33,932 nucleotides of DNA from Tubiluchus corallicola (taxonomy: Eukaryota; Animalia; Priapulida), in the NCBI GenBank assembly GCA_030141605.1, contig JAQGDQ010001580.1, positions 1-33,932 on the forward strand. The letters run 5' to 3'. The position numbers and the translations under genes are program-made. Shown here piece after piece: positions 22,849-33,932 of this stretch. Under the pieces are notes generated by a model. That model was not told the DNA's origin, did not search any database, and saw nothing but the letters and a program-made list of their open reading frames with translations. Position 1 is the stretch's first letter; every line of letters begins with the position of its first letter.

Positions 22849-23412
22849 GAGCATCACATGGTGCATGTCAGTGTGTGTGTGTAGTGTAAAATGTGTGGTT
22901 ATTCTTCATGTAGAAACCATCTCAAATCAAAGTCAAAATCCCATAAGAACCTATTTGTGCTGTTATTCACATTATGGCCACTAGATGGCTCTGAGCATCA
23001 CATGGTGCATGTCTGTGTGTATGCGTAGTGGAAAATGCGTGGTTATTCTTCATGTAGAAACCATCTCAAATCAAAGTCAAAATCCCATAAGAACCTATTT
23101 GTGCTGTTATTCACATTATGGCCACTAGATGGCTCTGAGCATCACATGGTGCATGTCTGTGTGTATGTGTAGTGGAAAATTTGTGGTTATTCGTCATGTA
23201 GAAACTTTTTCAAATTAAAGTCAAAGTCCCGTAAGAACCTATTTGTGGTGTTATTCACATTATGGCCGCTAGATGGCTCTGATCTAACCTGATATGTGTA
23301 GTGGAAAATTTGTGGTTATTCGTCATGTAGAAACTTTTTCAAATCAAAGTCAAAGTCCCATAAGAACCTATTTGTTGTGTTATTCACATTATGGCCGCTA
23401 GATGGCTCTGAT
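22849..23412. repeat. 144-bp tandem repeat, 3 full copies plus 1 partial
   Basis: GAGCATCACATGG recurs at 22849, 22993 and 23137. Each unit ends GGCCRCTAGATGGCTCT. Confidence 0.93.
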
Positions 23413-23879
23413 TTAACTTGATACTACTGACAGTCAAGTATCATTGTTTAGAAATTCAAAAAACTTTAAGATGCCATTGGTGACAGTTGTGGTGTTTCAA
23501 GATTACGCTGCGGGGGAGGGGGGGGGGGTGTAGAGATGCTAAAAAGTTGATTTTTAATGAAAAAGGTGGGAAATATGCAAAGTATGTAATACACCATGTT
23601 AAAGCTTTTCAAGAGGCAAATACAACTGTTATAATAAAGAACTATAGCAATTGTAAATTTTACCTTGGATGAATAATATGGAAATATTATCGTGCCTTTG
23701 TGCGGTTGTTACTCATACCCGCTCCATTTCCGATTCATTATAAAGACAATTTTTCTTTACTTTACGTTGCCGAAAACATTAACAGCTAAAGAAAAATTAT
23801 CACAGTAAAACCCACCATAAATTTATTGTTTTGTCTATAGCTGTGATAAAGTTTTCACCAACAATAATACTTTTACGAC

Positions 23880-24190
23880 ACCCACCGCTGAACGGGCTAT
23901 CTATCCAAGGCCGGCACCGCCCATGGCCCGTTCCCGTTCTTCAGATCTCAGACGTATAACTATTGCAAAAAACAGCCGAAAAATGGCCATTTTTGGAGGT
24001 TTTTTGCCCCCCGTTCGTCCCGGTGGGCCCGATTCGAAAAATAAACCCCCAAAGACACGACACTAGATCGAGACTTTTCGTTTGATGTATAGATCGCCGC
24101 AAATAGTGCCGTAGTCCGAGCTGTAGCCTCGAATCTTATATATATATATAAATATATATACCAAGAGAATTAATATATGCGATATGCGAT
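23880..24190 (+). mobile_element. Possible Helitron/Helentron-associated non-autonomous element 3' part
   Basis: GC-richer block ending ...CGTAGTCCGAGCTGTAGC...(TA)n...TATATGCGAT. Resembles HINE-type ends from memory only. Confidence 0.3.
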
Positions 24191-24875
24191 GAATGAAGCT
24201 TCGATTGGTTTTACGTTCGTATCAATGATCAGCTACATTTTTATACATTTCTGTAAAGCAAAAGTATTTTAAGACGAGTCAGGCCATTTGCTGGGCATTG
24301 GTGGGTAAAGACAAAAGCCTTCCAGCTAAATGGAGTCAAGCAGACAGAATTATGTTGTGCAACAGTAATGCCTATAATAAACTGCTGACGAACAGGCTTG
24401 CCTCTACCTTGAAGGCGGTCTTCTAATATGTTACAGCAAAAGATAATTGTGCGTAATATAGCTGAACATTCAAACATTGTTCTACAGTACATGCACTTGC
24501 CGGCAGCTGTTAAAAAAGTATTTTGCTAAATATGCTGGAGATTTTTCATTACAGAGAGAAGGGCAGCCAGCGCATATACTCGTATTTAAAAATATTCTGT
24601 TGCCGTTAGGGAAGGAGAGTATTTTTATCTTATTAAGTATTAAAAATGGTTTGGCATCTGCTGGGGCAGGTGAGTTTATTAATTATTAATAATCACAGTT
24701 TCAAATTTTGAGCAGTCAAGCGTTCCTTTACCCTGAGTGATCCTTATCCTGCTTGGGCGCTTTGATTCAGAAGTTAAATGATGTGATGACAAAAAAAAAA
24801 CAATGGCCTTCAAATATGCTTGTAATTATTAACCTGCCTAAAGCACATTGATGTGCATTAAATCTTTACTTAATG

Positions 24876-24971
24876 ACACTGGTTCTCGTCTGATCACCGT
24901 AGTTAAGCAACGTAGAGCCTGGTTAGTACTTGGATGGGTGACCACCTAGGAATACCAGGTGCTGTAGGCTT
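24876..24971 (+). rRNA. 5'-truncated 5S rRNA-derived sequence (SINE head, not a functional gene)
   Basis: GGTTCTCGTCTGATCACCG.AGTTAAGCAACGT..GCCTGGTTAGTACTTGGATGGGTGACC.CCT.GGAATACCAGGTGCTGTAGGCTT. First ~24 nt missing; no T-run terminator. Confidence 0.92.
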
Positions 24972-25398
24972 GCGGGATGCCCACACTGTATCTCGACACT
25001 AGGCGTAGGAGCTGCACAAGCAGCCAACGGCTAGAGGGCGCAGGAGGTCAAGTGACCCAACGGCCATGTGTAGAGGAGTAAACCTTCCAAATCAGGAGTG
25101 CAGCCCCGAAGGCGGACCAGTGCAGCGTGCTCACTGACTCCGGCAGCCAGCCTGGTGCCAAACGTATCGCTCCGCTTTCCTTTAAACTACACCAGGGAGG
25201 AAGAGAGGGGGTTCCTGTTGTCTGGGCAACTCAGGATCTCCATACACCTTGCCCAGGTGTGCGCCCTGGAGACGTTCAAGGATCGCACTGCTCAGCCACA
25301 GTCGACGCTGCAGCTCCATCAATGTGATCAATAACTGACTCTTTTGGCGCACATTCCATTGCCTTCCGAGACAGAAGGATGCCAACAACAACAACAAC
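24881..25398 (+). mobile_element. 5S rRNA-derived SINE (SINE3-type) with GC-rich body and (CAA)n tail
   Basis: 5S head, ~410-nt body, CCATTGCCTTCC...GATGC(CAA)n end, GACACT TSD at 24875-24880 and 25399-25404. Confidence 0.85.
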
Positions 25399-26109
25399 GA
25401 CACTAGCACGTTCCAGCAAAACGTGACATTGTGTGAAACGTCGTTAAATGAAACCAGGACTTATTCAGAAAGCAACGTAAAAGAATTGAGATAAATTCCG
25501 GGGACAAAAATCAATGCTACTTAATTCATACGAACTAAACATTTCATGAATTTCATTCGTACGTCTACTGAATAATGTGTTTCTGCTGGCTTGAAACTAC
25601 CTATTTTTCTTACCACTACCTAGCTAGTGTTAAAGTCGAAGCCCTAGCTAGGCGGTTAGCAGTTGAACACGGCACAGTAAAAGCCAAGTCCCAGACAGGC
25701 CTTGAGACAACTCTGCCTTGATACTGGTTACCATAGTAACAGGTCGCAAGAAAATTCTTTGCATGAAGTTTGCACCACGTGGCAACAAATAGATCTCATT
25801 TTATGCGAGAGGTTAGCAGTCTGTCGGGAGGTGAAAAATAATAATTGTATTGTTTACATTGCTAGTGAGTTTGTAGAACAGAATAATGCAATTTCTACTG
25901 TTTCAATGGTTCAAATTAGGTAGAAATGTTCTTGATAAAATAAAAAAATGGCTTCGAGCAAATTAAAAAGTCGTCGTTAAAATGAAGCATGCGTCGTTAA
26001 GCGAGAAAAAGATGTCAGATATTTAGCGTCGTTTAAACAAAACGTCGCTAAACAAGGAGTCGTTAAGCGCAGACGTACCGTATACATGAATTCAAAAATT
26101 CATTATAGA

Positions 26110-26332
26110 TCAGAACCAAAAAACTTGGAAATATAACAACGCAAAAATAAGAGAAGCTAGGATGATTCCTGCACATAAATGCACTTTCCATGAGCTCAGG
26201 ACACCGTGACCTTTGACTCCTCGTCTCTTCCATGGCCTTTCATCCCCACTAATTCTCTCAGCTATAAGTAATCCACTATGACAGGCATTTTCCAGCAAGG
26301 GAATACCCGGGAGTGTGTAAGCACCACAAAAC
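26110..26332 (-). CDS. Terminal exon of FAD-dependent oxidoreductase (amine oxidase/COG2907-like) with C-terminal TM helix
   Basis: tttgacag acceptor. W/FCGAYTLPGIPLLENACHSGLLIAERI...RPW, then hydrophobic LCAGIILASLIFALLYFQVFWF-stop. Phase matches the previous exon (TG|G = Trp). Confidence 0.8.
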
Positions 26333-27525
26333 CTGTCAAACAAACGATTTGCGATTCATTAAATAAATATATATATAAAGCAGTGGTTTTCAATAAATAC
26401 AATACTTCTTAATATCTTACACCTAGTGCAGCAGTCATACCACAATCCTGGTACAGATTATACAAAACAAGGCATCATTGATAAAACGTTAGAGCTGATG
26501 CACAGATCTCACAATATACTGTTTTTCTTCCTACTATTTCCACTAACTCATCATTCTTCCTCTCCTGTGTGATCTAACCTTTCTCCCTGTTCTTTGTTCA
26601 CTCATCCATTCCTTTTTATCAGGTTCACATGGCAGTGGGCTCATACAAGCCTTTGCTTCTCTAGCCCATTACAGCACAATTATTCTTCTATGATAACGCT
26701 AGCGTATGAAACATAATTTATAATAGTAACAATTTTGATGTCACCATGTGCTGAATGTGGGAATAATAAAAACTTCAAGCTTCTCCAAACTTCCTTTGCA
26801 TTTTTAAATGTCCTGATGTTATGATATGAAATAAAGCTATTCATTAATGCCGAATTTCGAAAATCTGCATTTTTGTGGCGAATTTCCACCTGACAAAGTA
26901 ACGTGGCCGCGCTGTCTAGTGCAGAAGGTCAGAATTCTTACCTTTACAGCACACAAGCGATCAACATCATAAACACTTTCCCGATTGAGAACCAAATATT
27001 AGCACAGGTGGGTAATAAACGAGCAATCTCTGATCATGTGACACCTGTCTGCACCCAATGCCACAGTTGATAAATGAGCAATCACGTTTAAAGACTATGC
27101 CATTTCTAAACACAGCATCCATTTAAAGACAGTCAATATGGGATCGTGTTATCTCTTCATTTTCAAATTCTAGTTAGAAGTTAGTACTGCACCTGAGTAA
27201 GCATTTGACTCACGAGTGCTATTAATCAAATTTGCCTCTTAAGGCTATTCTAATATATAGTCATAGATGTAGAATTTTGTACTAAAAGATTTCCCATATT
27301 ATTTGATGATAATTATGGTAATAAACACATCATTTATGCATATCTGACAGCCATAATATAAACTGTGAAATAATGAAAACAAGTCTGTTAGTACCCAAAA
27401 CTCTAAGCTGGTTTATGACTGTACATGTACAATAATAAAATACAGTAATCTACAATACACTTACATGTATTACAATACACTTACATAAATTAAGATTACA
27501 GAAAAAGATTATGAAGTTTAGTTAC

Positions 27526-27623
27526 CAAATGTTATCTTCTCCCTGTAGTAATGAAAGCTCTTTTAAATTTTTCTCAGAGTTAATTGTGAGTAGAGGACGT
27601 TCAAAGCATGCTCTGCCACCAGG
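27526..27623 (-). CDS. Penultimate exon of the same oxidoreductase (PGGRACFERPLLTINSEKNLKELSLLQGEDNIW)
   Basis: attgtag acceptor, gtaact donor, 98 nt, phase 0 to 2. FERP...LQG...WFCG signature. Confidence 0.8.
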
Positions 27624-27822
27624 CTACAATAAGCACAAGAAAGGTTAAATTGTTGCATAGTTTTATGGGTCATCAGGTGAAAGCTAATTGGACCAGATGA
27701 GGTTAGGCTAAGACATGCAGATGAGCTAGAGTGAAATGGGTTGGGTTAAGTAAAGTTAGATACAGGCAAGCTAGGTAAAGCAAAGCAAATGTATGATCAG
27801 TCCAGGTTAGTTTAGATTAAAT

Positions 27823-30800
27823 TCAATTACGATTGACCAGGGAGTGGTAGTTTGACTCAGATAAAGTCAATTACAATTGACCAGGGAGTGGTAGTTTGAC
27901 ACGGATAAAGTCAATTACATTTGACCAGGGAGTGGTAGTTTGACACAGATAAAGTCAATTACATTTGACCAGGGAGTGGTAGTTTCACACGGATAAAGTC
28001 AATTACATTTGACCAGGGAGTGGTAGTTTGACACGGATAAAGTCAATTACATTTGACCAGGGAGTGGTAGTTTGAGACAGATAAAGTCAATTACATTTGA
28101 CCAGGGAGTGGTAGTTTGACACGGATAAAGTCAATTACATTTGACCAGGGAGTGGTAGTTTGACACGGATAAAGTCAATTACATTTGACCAGGGAGTGGT
28201 AGTTTGACACGGATAAAGTCAATTACATTTGACCAGGGAGTGGTAGTTTGACACGGATAAAGTCAATTACATTTGACCAGGGAGTGGTAGTTTGACACGG
28301 ATAAAGTCAATTACATTTGACCAGGGAGTGGTAGTTTGACACGGATAAAGTCAATTACATATGACCTGGGAGTGGTAGTGTGACACGGATAAAGTCAATT
28401 ACATTTGACCAGGGAGTGGTAGTTTGACACGGATAAAGTCAATTACATTTGACCAGGGAGTGGTAGTTTGACACGGATAAAGTCAATTACATTTGACCAG
28501 GGAGTGGTAGTTTGAGACGGATAAAGTCAATTACATTTGACCAGGGAGTGGTGGTTTGACACGGATAAAGTCAATTACATTTGACCAGGGAGTAGTAGTT
28601 TGAGACAGATAAAGTCAATTACAATTGACCAGGGAGTGGTAGTTTGACACAAATAAAGTCAATTACAATTGACCAGGGAGTGGTAGTTTGACACGGATAA
28701 AGTCAATTACATTTGACCAGGGAGTAGTAGTTTGAGACAGATAAAGTCAATTACATTTGACCAGGGAGTGGTAGTTTCACACGGATAAAGTCAATTACAT
28801 TTGACCAGGGAGTGGTAGTTTGACACGGATAAAGTCAATTACATTTGACCAGGGAGTGGTAGTTTCACACGGATAAAGTCAATTACAATTGACCAGGGAG
28901 TGGTAGTTTCACACGGATAAAGTCAATTACATTTGACCAGGGAGTGGTAGTTTCACACGGATAAAGTCAATTACAATTGACCAGGGAGTGGTAGTTTCAC
29001 ACGGATAAAGTCAATTACATTTGACCAGGGAGTGGTAGTTTCACACGGATAAAGTCAATTACATTTGACCAGGGAGTGGTAGTTTCACACGGATAAAGTC
29101 AATTACATTTGACCAGGGAGTGGTAGTTTGAGACAGATAAAGTCAATTACATTTGACCAGGGAGTGGTAGTTTGACACGGATAAAGTCAATTACATTTGA
29201 CCAGGGAGTGGTAGTTTGACACGGATAAAGTCAATTACAATTGACCAGGGAGTGGTAGTTTGACACGGATAAAGTCAATTACATTTGACCAGGGAGTGGT
29301 AGTTTGACTCGGATAAAGTCAATTACATTTGACCAGGGAGTGGTAGTTTGACTCGGATAAAGTCAATTACATTTGACCAGGGAGTGGTAGTTTGACACGG
29401 ATAAAGTCAATTACATTTGACTAGGGAGTGGCAGTGTGACACGGAAAAAGTCAATTACATTTGACCAGGGAGTGGTAGTGTGACACGGATAAAGTCAATT
29501 ACATTTGACCAGGGAGTGGTAGTGTGACACGGATAAAGTCAATTACATTTGACCAGGGAGTGGTAGTTTGAGACAGATAAAGTCAATTACATTTGACCAG
29601 GGAGTGGTAGTTTCACACGGATAAAGTCAATTACATTTGACCAGGGAGTGGTAGTTTCACACGGATAAAGTCAATTACAATTGACCAGGGAGTGGTAGTT
29701 TCACACGGATAAAGTCAATTACATTTGACCAGGGAGTGGTAGTTTGACACGGATAAAGTCAACTACATTTGACCAGGGAGTGGTAGTTTGACACGGATAA
29801 AGTCAACTACATTTGACCAGGGAGTGGTAGTTTCACATGGATAAAGTCAATTACAATTGACCAGGGAGTGGCAGTGTGACACGGATAAAGTCAATTACAT
29901 TTGACCAGGGAGTGGCAGTGTGACACGGATAAAGTCAATTACATTTGACCAGGGAGTGGCAGTGTGACACGGATAAAGTCAATTACATTTGACCAAGGAG
30001 TGGTAGTTTGACACGGATAAAGTCAACTACATTTGACCAGGGAGTGGTAGTGTGACACGGATAAAGTCAATTACATTTGACCAGGGAGTGGTAGTTTGAC
30101 ACGGATAAAGTCAACTACATTTGACCAGGGAGTGGTAGTTTGACACGGATAAAGTCAATTACATTTGACCAGGGAGTGGCAGTGTGACACGGATAAAGTC
30201 AATTACATTTGACCAGGGAGTGGCAGTGTGACACGGATAAAGTCAATTACATTTGACCAAGGAGTGGTAGTTTGACACGGATAAAGTCAACTACATTTGA
30301 CCAGGGAGTGGTAGTGTGACACGGATAAAGTCAATTACATTTGACCAGGGAGTGGTAGTTTGACACGGATAAAGTCAACTACATTTGACCAGGGAGTGGT
30401 AGTTTGACACGGATAAGGTCAATTACAATTGACCAGGGTGTGGTAGTTTGACACGGATAAAGTCAATTACATTTGACCAGTGAGTGGTTGTTTGACTCGG
30501 ATAAAGTCAATTACATTTGACCAGGGAGTGGTAGTTTGACACGGATAAAGTCAATTACATTTGACCAGGGTGTGGTAGTTTGACACGGATAAAGTCAATT
30601 ACATTTGACCAGGGAGTAGTAGTTTGAGACAGATAAAGTCAATTACATTTGACCAGGGAGTGGTAGTTTGACACGGATAAAGTCAATTACATTTGACCAG
30701 GGAGTGGTGGTTTGACACGGATAAAGTCAATTACATTTGACCAGGGAGTGGTAGTTTGACACGGATAAAGTCAATTACATTTGACCAGGGAGTGGTAGTT

Positions 30801-32968
30801 TGACACGGATAAAGTCAATTACATTTGACCAGGGAGTGGTAGTTTGACACGGATAAAGTCAATTACATATGACCTGGGAGTGGTAGTGTGACACGGATAA
30901 AGTCAATTACATTTGACCAGGGAGTGGTAGTTTGACACGGATAAAGTCAATTACATTTGACCAGGGAGTGGTAGTTTGACACGGATAAAGTCAATTACAT
31001 TTGACCAGGGAGTGGTAGTTTGACACGGATAAAGTCAATTACATTTGACCAGGGAGTGGTGGTTTGACACGGATAAAGTCAATTACATTTGACCAGGGAG
31101 TAGTAGTTTGAGACAGATAAAGTCAATTACAATTGACCAGGGAGTGGTAGTTTGACACAAATAAAGTCAATTACAATTGACCAGGGAGTGGTAGTTTGAC
31201 ACGGATAAAGTCAATTACATTTGACCAAGGAGTGGTAGTTTGACACGGATAAAGTCAACTACATTTGACCAGGGAGTGGTAGTGTGACACGGATAAAGTC
31301 AATTACATTTGACCAGGGAGTGGTAGTTTGACACGGATAAAGTCAACTACATTTGACCAGGGAGTGGTAGTTTGACACGGATAAAGTCAATTACATTTGA
31401 CCAGGGAGTGGCAGTGTGACACGGATAAAGTCAATTACATTTGACCAGGGAGTGGCAGTGTGACACGGATAAAGTCAATTACATTTGACCAAGGAGTGGT
31501 AGTTTGACACGGATAAAGTCAACTACATTTGACCAGGGAGTGGTAGTGTGACACGGATAAAGTCAATTACATTTGACCAGGGAGTGGTAGTTTGACACGG
31601 ATAAAGTCAACTACATTTGACCAGGGAGTGGTAGTTTGACACGGATAAGGTCAATTACAATTGACCAGGGTGTGGTAGTTTGACACGGATAAAGTCAATT
31701 ACATTTGACCAGTGAGTGGTTGTTTGACTCGGATAAAGTCAATTACATTTGACCAGGGAGTGGTAGTTTGACACGGATAAAGTCAATTACATTTGACCAG
31801 GGTGTGGTAGTTTGACACGGATAAAGTCAATTACATTTGACCAGGGAGTAGTAGTTTGAGACAGATAAAGTCAATTACATTTGACCAGGGAGTGGTAGTT
31901 TGACACGGATAAAGTCAATTACATTTGACCAGGGAGTGGTGGTTTGACACGGATAAAGTCAATTACATTTGACCAGGGAGTGGTAGTTTGACACGGATAA
32001 AGTCAATTACATTTGACCAGGGAGTGGTAGTTTGACACGGATAAAGTCAATTACATTTGACCAGGGAGTGGTAGTTTGACACGGATAAAGTCAATTACAT
32101 ATGACCTGGGAGTGGTAGTGTGACACGGATAAAGTCAATTACATTTGACCAGGGAGTGGTAGTTTGACACGGATAAAGTCAATTACATTTGACCAGGGAG
32201 TGGTAGTTTGACACGGATAAAGTCAATTACATTTGACCAGGGAGTGGTAGTTTGACACGGATAAAGTCAATTACATTTGACCAGGGAGTGGTGGTTTGAC
32301 ACGGATAAAGTCAATTACATTTGACCAGGGAGTAGTAGTTTGAGACAGATAAAGTCAATTACAATTGACCAGGGAGTGGTAGTTTGACACAAATAAAGTC
32401 AATTACAATTGACCAGGGAGTGGTAGTTTGACACGGATAAAGTCAATTACATTTGACCAGGGAGTAGTAGTTTGAGACAGATAAAGTCAATTACATTTGA
32501 CCAGGGAGTGGTAGTTTGACACGGATAAAGTCAATTACATTTGACCAGGGAGTGGTGGTTTGACACGGATAAAGTCAATTACATTTGACCAGGGAGTAGT
32601 AGTTTGAGACAGATAAAGTCAGTTACAATTGACCAGGGAGTGGTAGTTTGACACAGATAAAGTCAATTACAATTGACCAGGGAGTGGTAGTTTGACACGG
32701 AAAAGTCAATTACATTTGACCAGGGAGTGGTAGTTTGACACGGATAAAGTCAATTACATTTGACCAGGGAGTGGTAGTGTGACACGGATAAAGTCAATTA
32801 CATTTGACCAGGGTGTGGTAGTTTGACACGGATAAAGTCAATTACATTTGACCAGGGAGTGGTAGTTTGACACGGATAAAGTCAATTACATTTGACCACG
32901 GAGTGGTAGTTTGACACGGATAAAGTCAATTAGATTTGACCAGGGAGTGGTAGTGTGACACGGATAAA
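27823..32968. repeat. 44-bp satellite, ~117 copies, with higher-order duplications
   Basis: Unit GACCAGGGAGTGGTAGTTTGACACGGATAAAGTCAATTACATTT. No unique spacers. Confidence 0.99.
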
Positions 32969-33297
32969 ATATGAGATGTAATGAGTTGAGTTAAATTTGT
33001 TTAAACTAAAACTGGTCTGAGAATAGATTAGATCTGACTAGATTAAAAAAATATTAGATTAGTATTAAATTGAATTAGACTAAAATTAGAATGAATTAGA
33101 AAGGGTAATATATTCATTCTTCTTTATGATTGTAAATTAAAGGACAAGAAAAAAGACACCTGAAGTGGGTTTTAGAAAAAGTGCCTTAAAAAATTATATT
33201 ACTTTACAGCAATTTTATCCACATATCGTGCTTGAATTGAAAGGAATTTTTGTTTGTTTTCATTTTAAACCTCCGGCAATACTGTTCCGCCATTACA

Positions 33298-33319
33298 TGA
33301 CGTCATTTACATGACGTCA
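33298..33319. promoter_or_regulatory. Two tandem perfect CRE motifs (TGACGTCA)
   Basis: TGACGTCA at 33298-33305 and 33312-33319. Function not shown; may be TE-derived. Confidence 0.35.
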
Positions 33320-33932
33320 CTTATGCAAACGTATATCAGGGGAAGAAAGGGCAATGATAAAATATGTCCCAAAAAGCTTTCCATGCAAATCTATATTACT
33401 TAGCATTTCGCTTACTTGGTAGAAAAATTTACATAACTAGAAATATTAATTTAAGATGTTCGTGTCAGGTGGTAAAATGTCGCTGACTCACCCTCCATGG
33501 TGCACCACTCAGTAACCATAAACGTACTTTTAATCTTATTGACAAGATACAGTAATTTAAAATTTTTACTTAGTTAGAAAAATAACATGTATGCTACGAA
33601 TGCTCTAACTATTTTTTCAAACTTTACTCAGTATTATCTAAACTTGTTTCAAACGGCCTACCAATTAAAATGGCTGCGCCTAACGGTCATCGTGGGAGTT
33701 TAAATCTACAAGTTTTATACATCGTTACGACCGATGCAAGCCATGCATACGAAAAGGTAGTATGTAAGTGGTATAAAATTTCAATATGAATTATTTAAGC
33801 TTTATGTAAGTGGAGGGTTTTCTTGTGCTTTAAGTGATTAATCACATACAAAGCAACTAATAACTATATACAGCATCTAACCATGCAGTAACTAATCAAT
33901 TGTACTTCGTTCAGTTACGTATTGCTCACAGT

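Larger units (their letters stand above)
24856..26080. mobile_element. MITE family A, diverged inverted copy, split by a SINE
   Basis: Right end GTCGTTAAGCGCAGACGTACCG-TA. Removing the SINE restores CATTAAATCTTTACTTAATGACACTAGCACGTTCC, which aligns to the reverse complement of 6037-6071. Confidence 0.72.

Noticed and set aside
24555-24669. Isolated + strand exon (ttacag...gtgagt)
   Set aside because: No partner exons and no recognisable protein.
24876-24971. Functional 5S rRNA gene
   Set aside because: 5' end missing, no oligo-T terminator, and it continues into a SINE body with tail and TSD.
24972-25050. HDV-like ribozyme in the SINE body
   Set aside because: Only a simple hairpin (GCTGC-ACAA-GCAGC) was found; the nested double pseudoknot could not be built by eye.
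27823-32968. CRISPR-like array
   Set aside because: Monomers are contiguous with no unique spacers, there are no cas genes, and the context is eukaryotic.
33492-33530. ATGGAGG|GTGAGT as an upstream exon of the oxidoreductase
   Set aside because: Read from that ATG it ends in phase 1 while the next exon needs phase 0, and most of the FAD domain would be missing.

Overview
AT-rich eukaryotic (invertebrate-like; tunicate is only a guess) genomic DNA. No prokaryotic operon or CRISPR array is present. (1) A minus-strand SSUH2-like gene: nine GT-AG coding exons from 17402 to 2995 splice in phase into 468 codons, but the expected 3' exons are not in the window. (2) The gene runs into a ~2.3-kb fold-back palindrome (1330-3623) that carries an inverted copy of its last visible exon. 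A 36-bp splice-donor-containing minisatellite flips orientation at the centre. (3) Scrambled PDCD7-like exons lie on both strands at 205-1155. (4) The last two exons of a minus-strand FAD-dependent oxidoreductase (amine-oxidase/COG2907-like, C-terminal TM) lie at 26110-27623, followed by a 5.1-kb 44-bp satellite with 28-mer higher-order structure. (5) Many mobile elements: pogo/Tigger-, hAT-, piggyBac- and Harbinger-like MITEs, a 5'-truncated RTE-type LINE, a tRNA-SINE, and a 5S-rRNA-derived SINE nested in a MITE TIR. Protein and TE family calls come from manual translation and remembered motifs; no database search was run.
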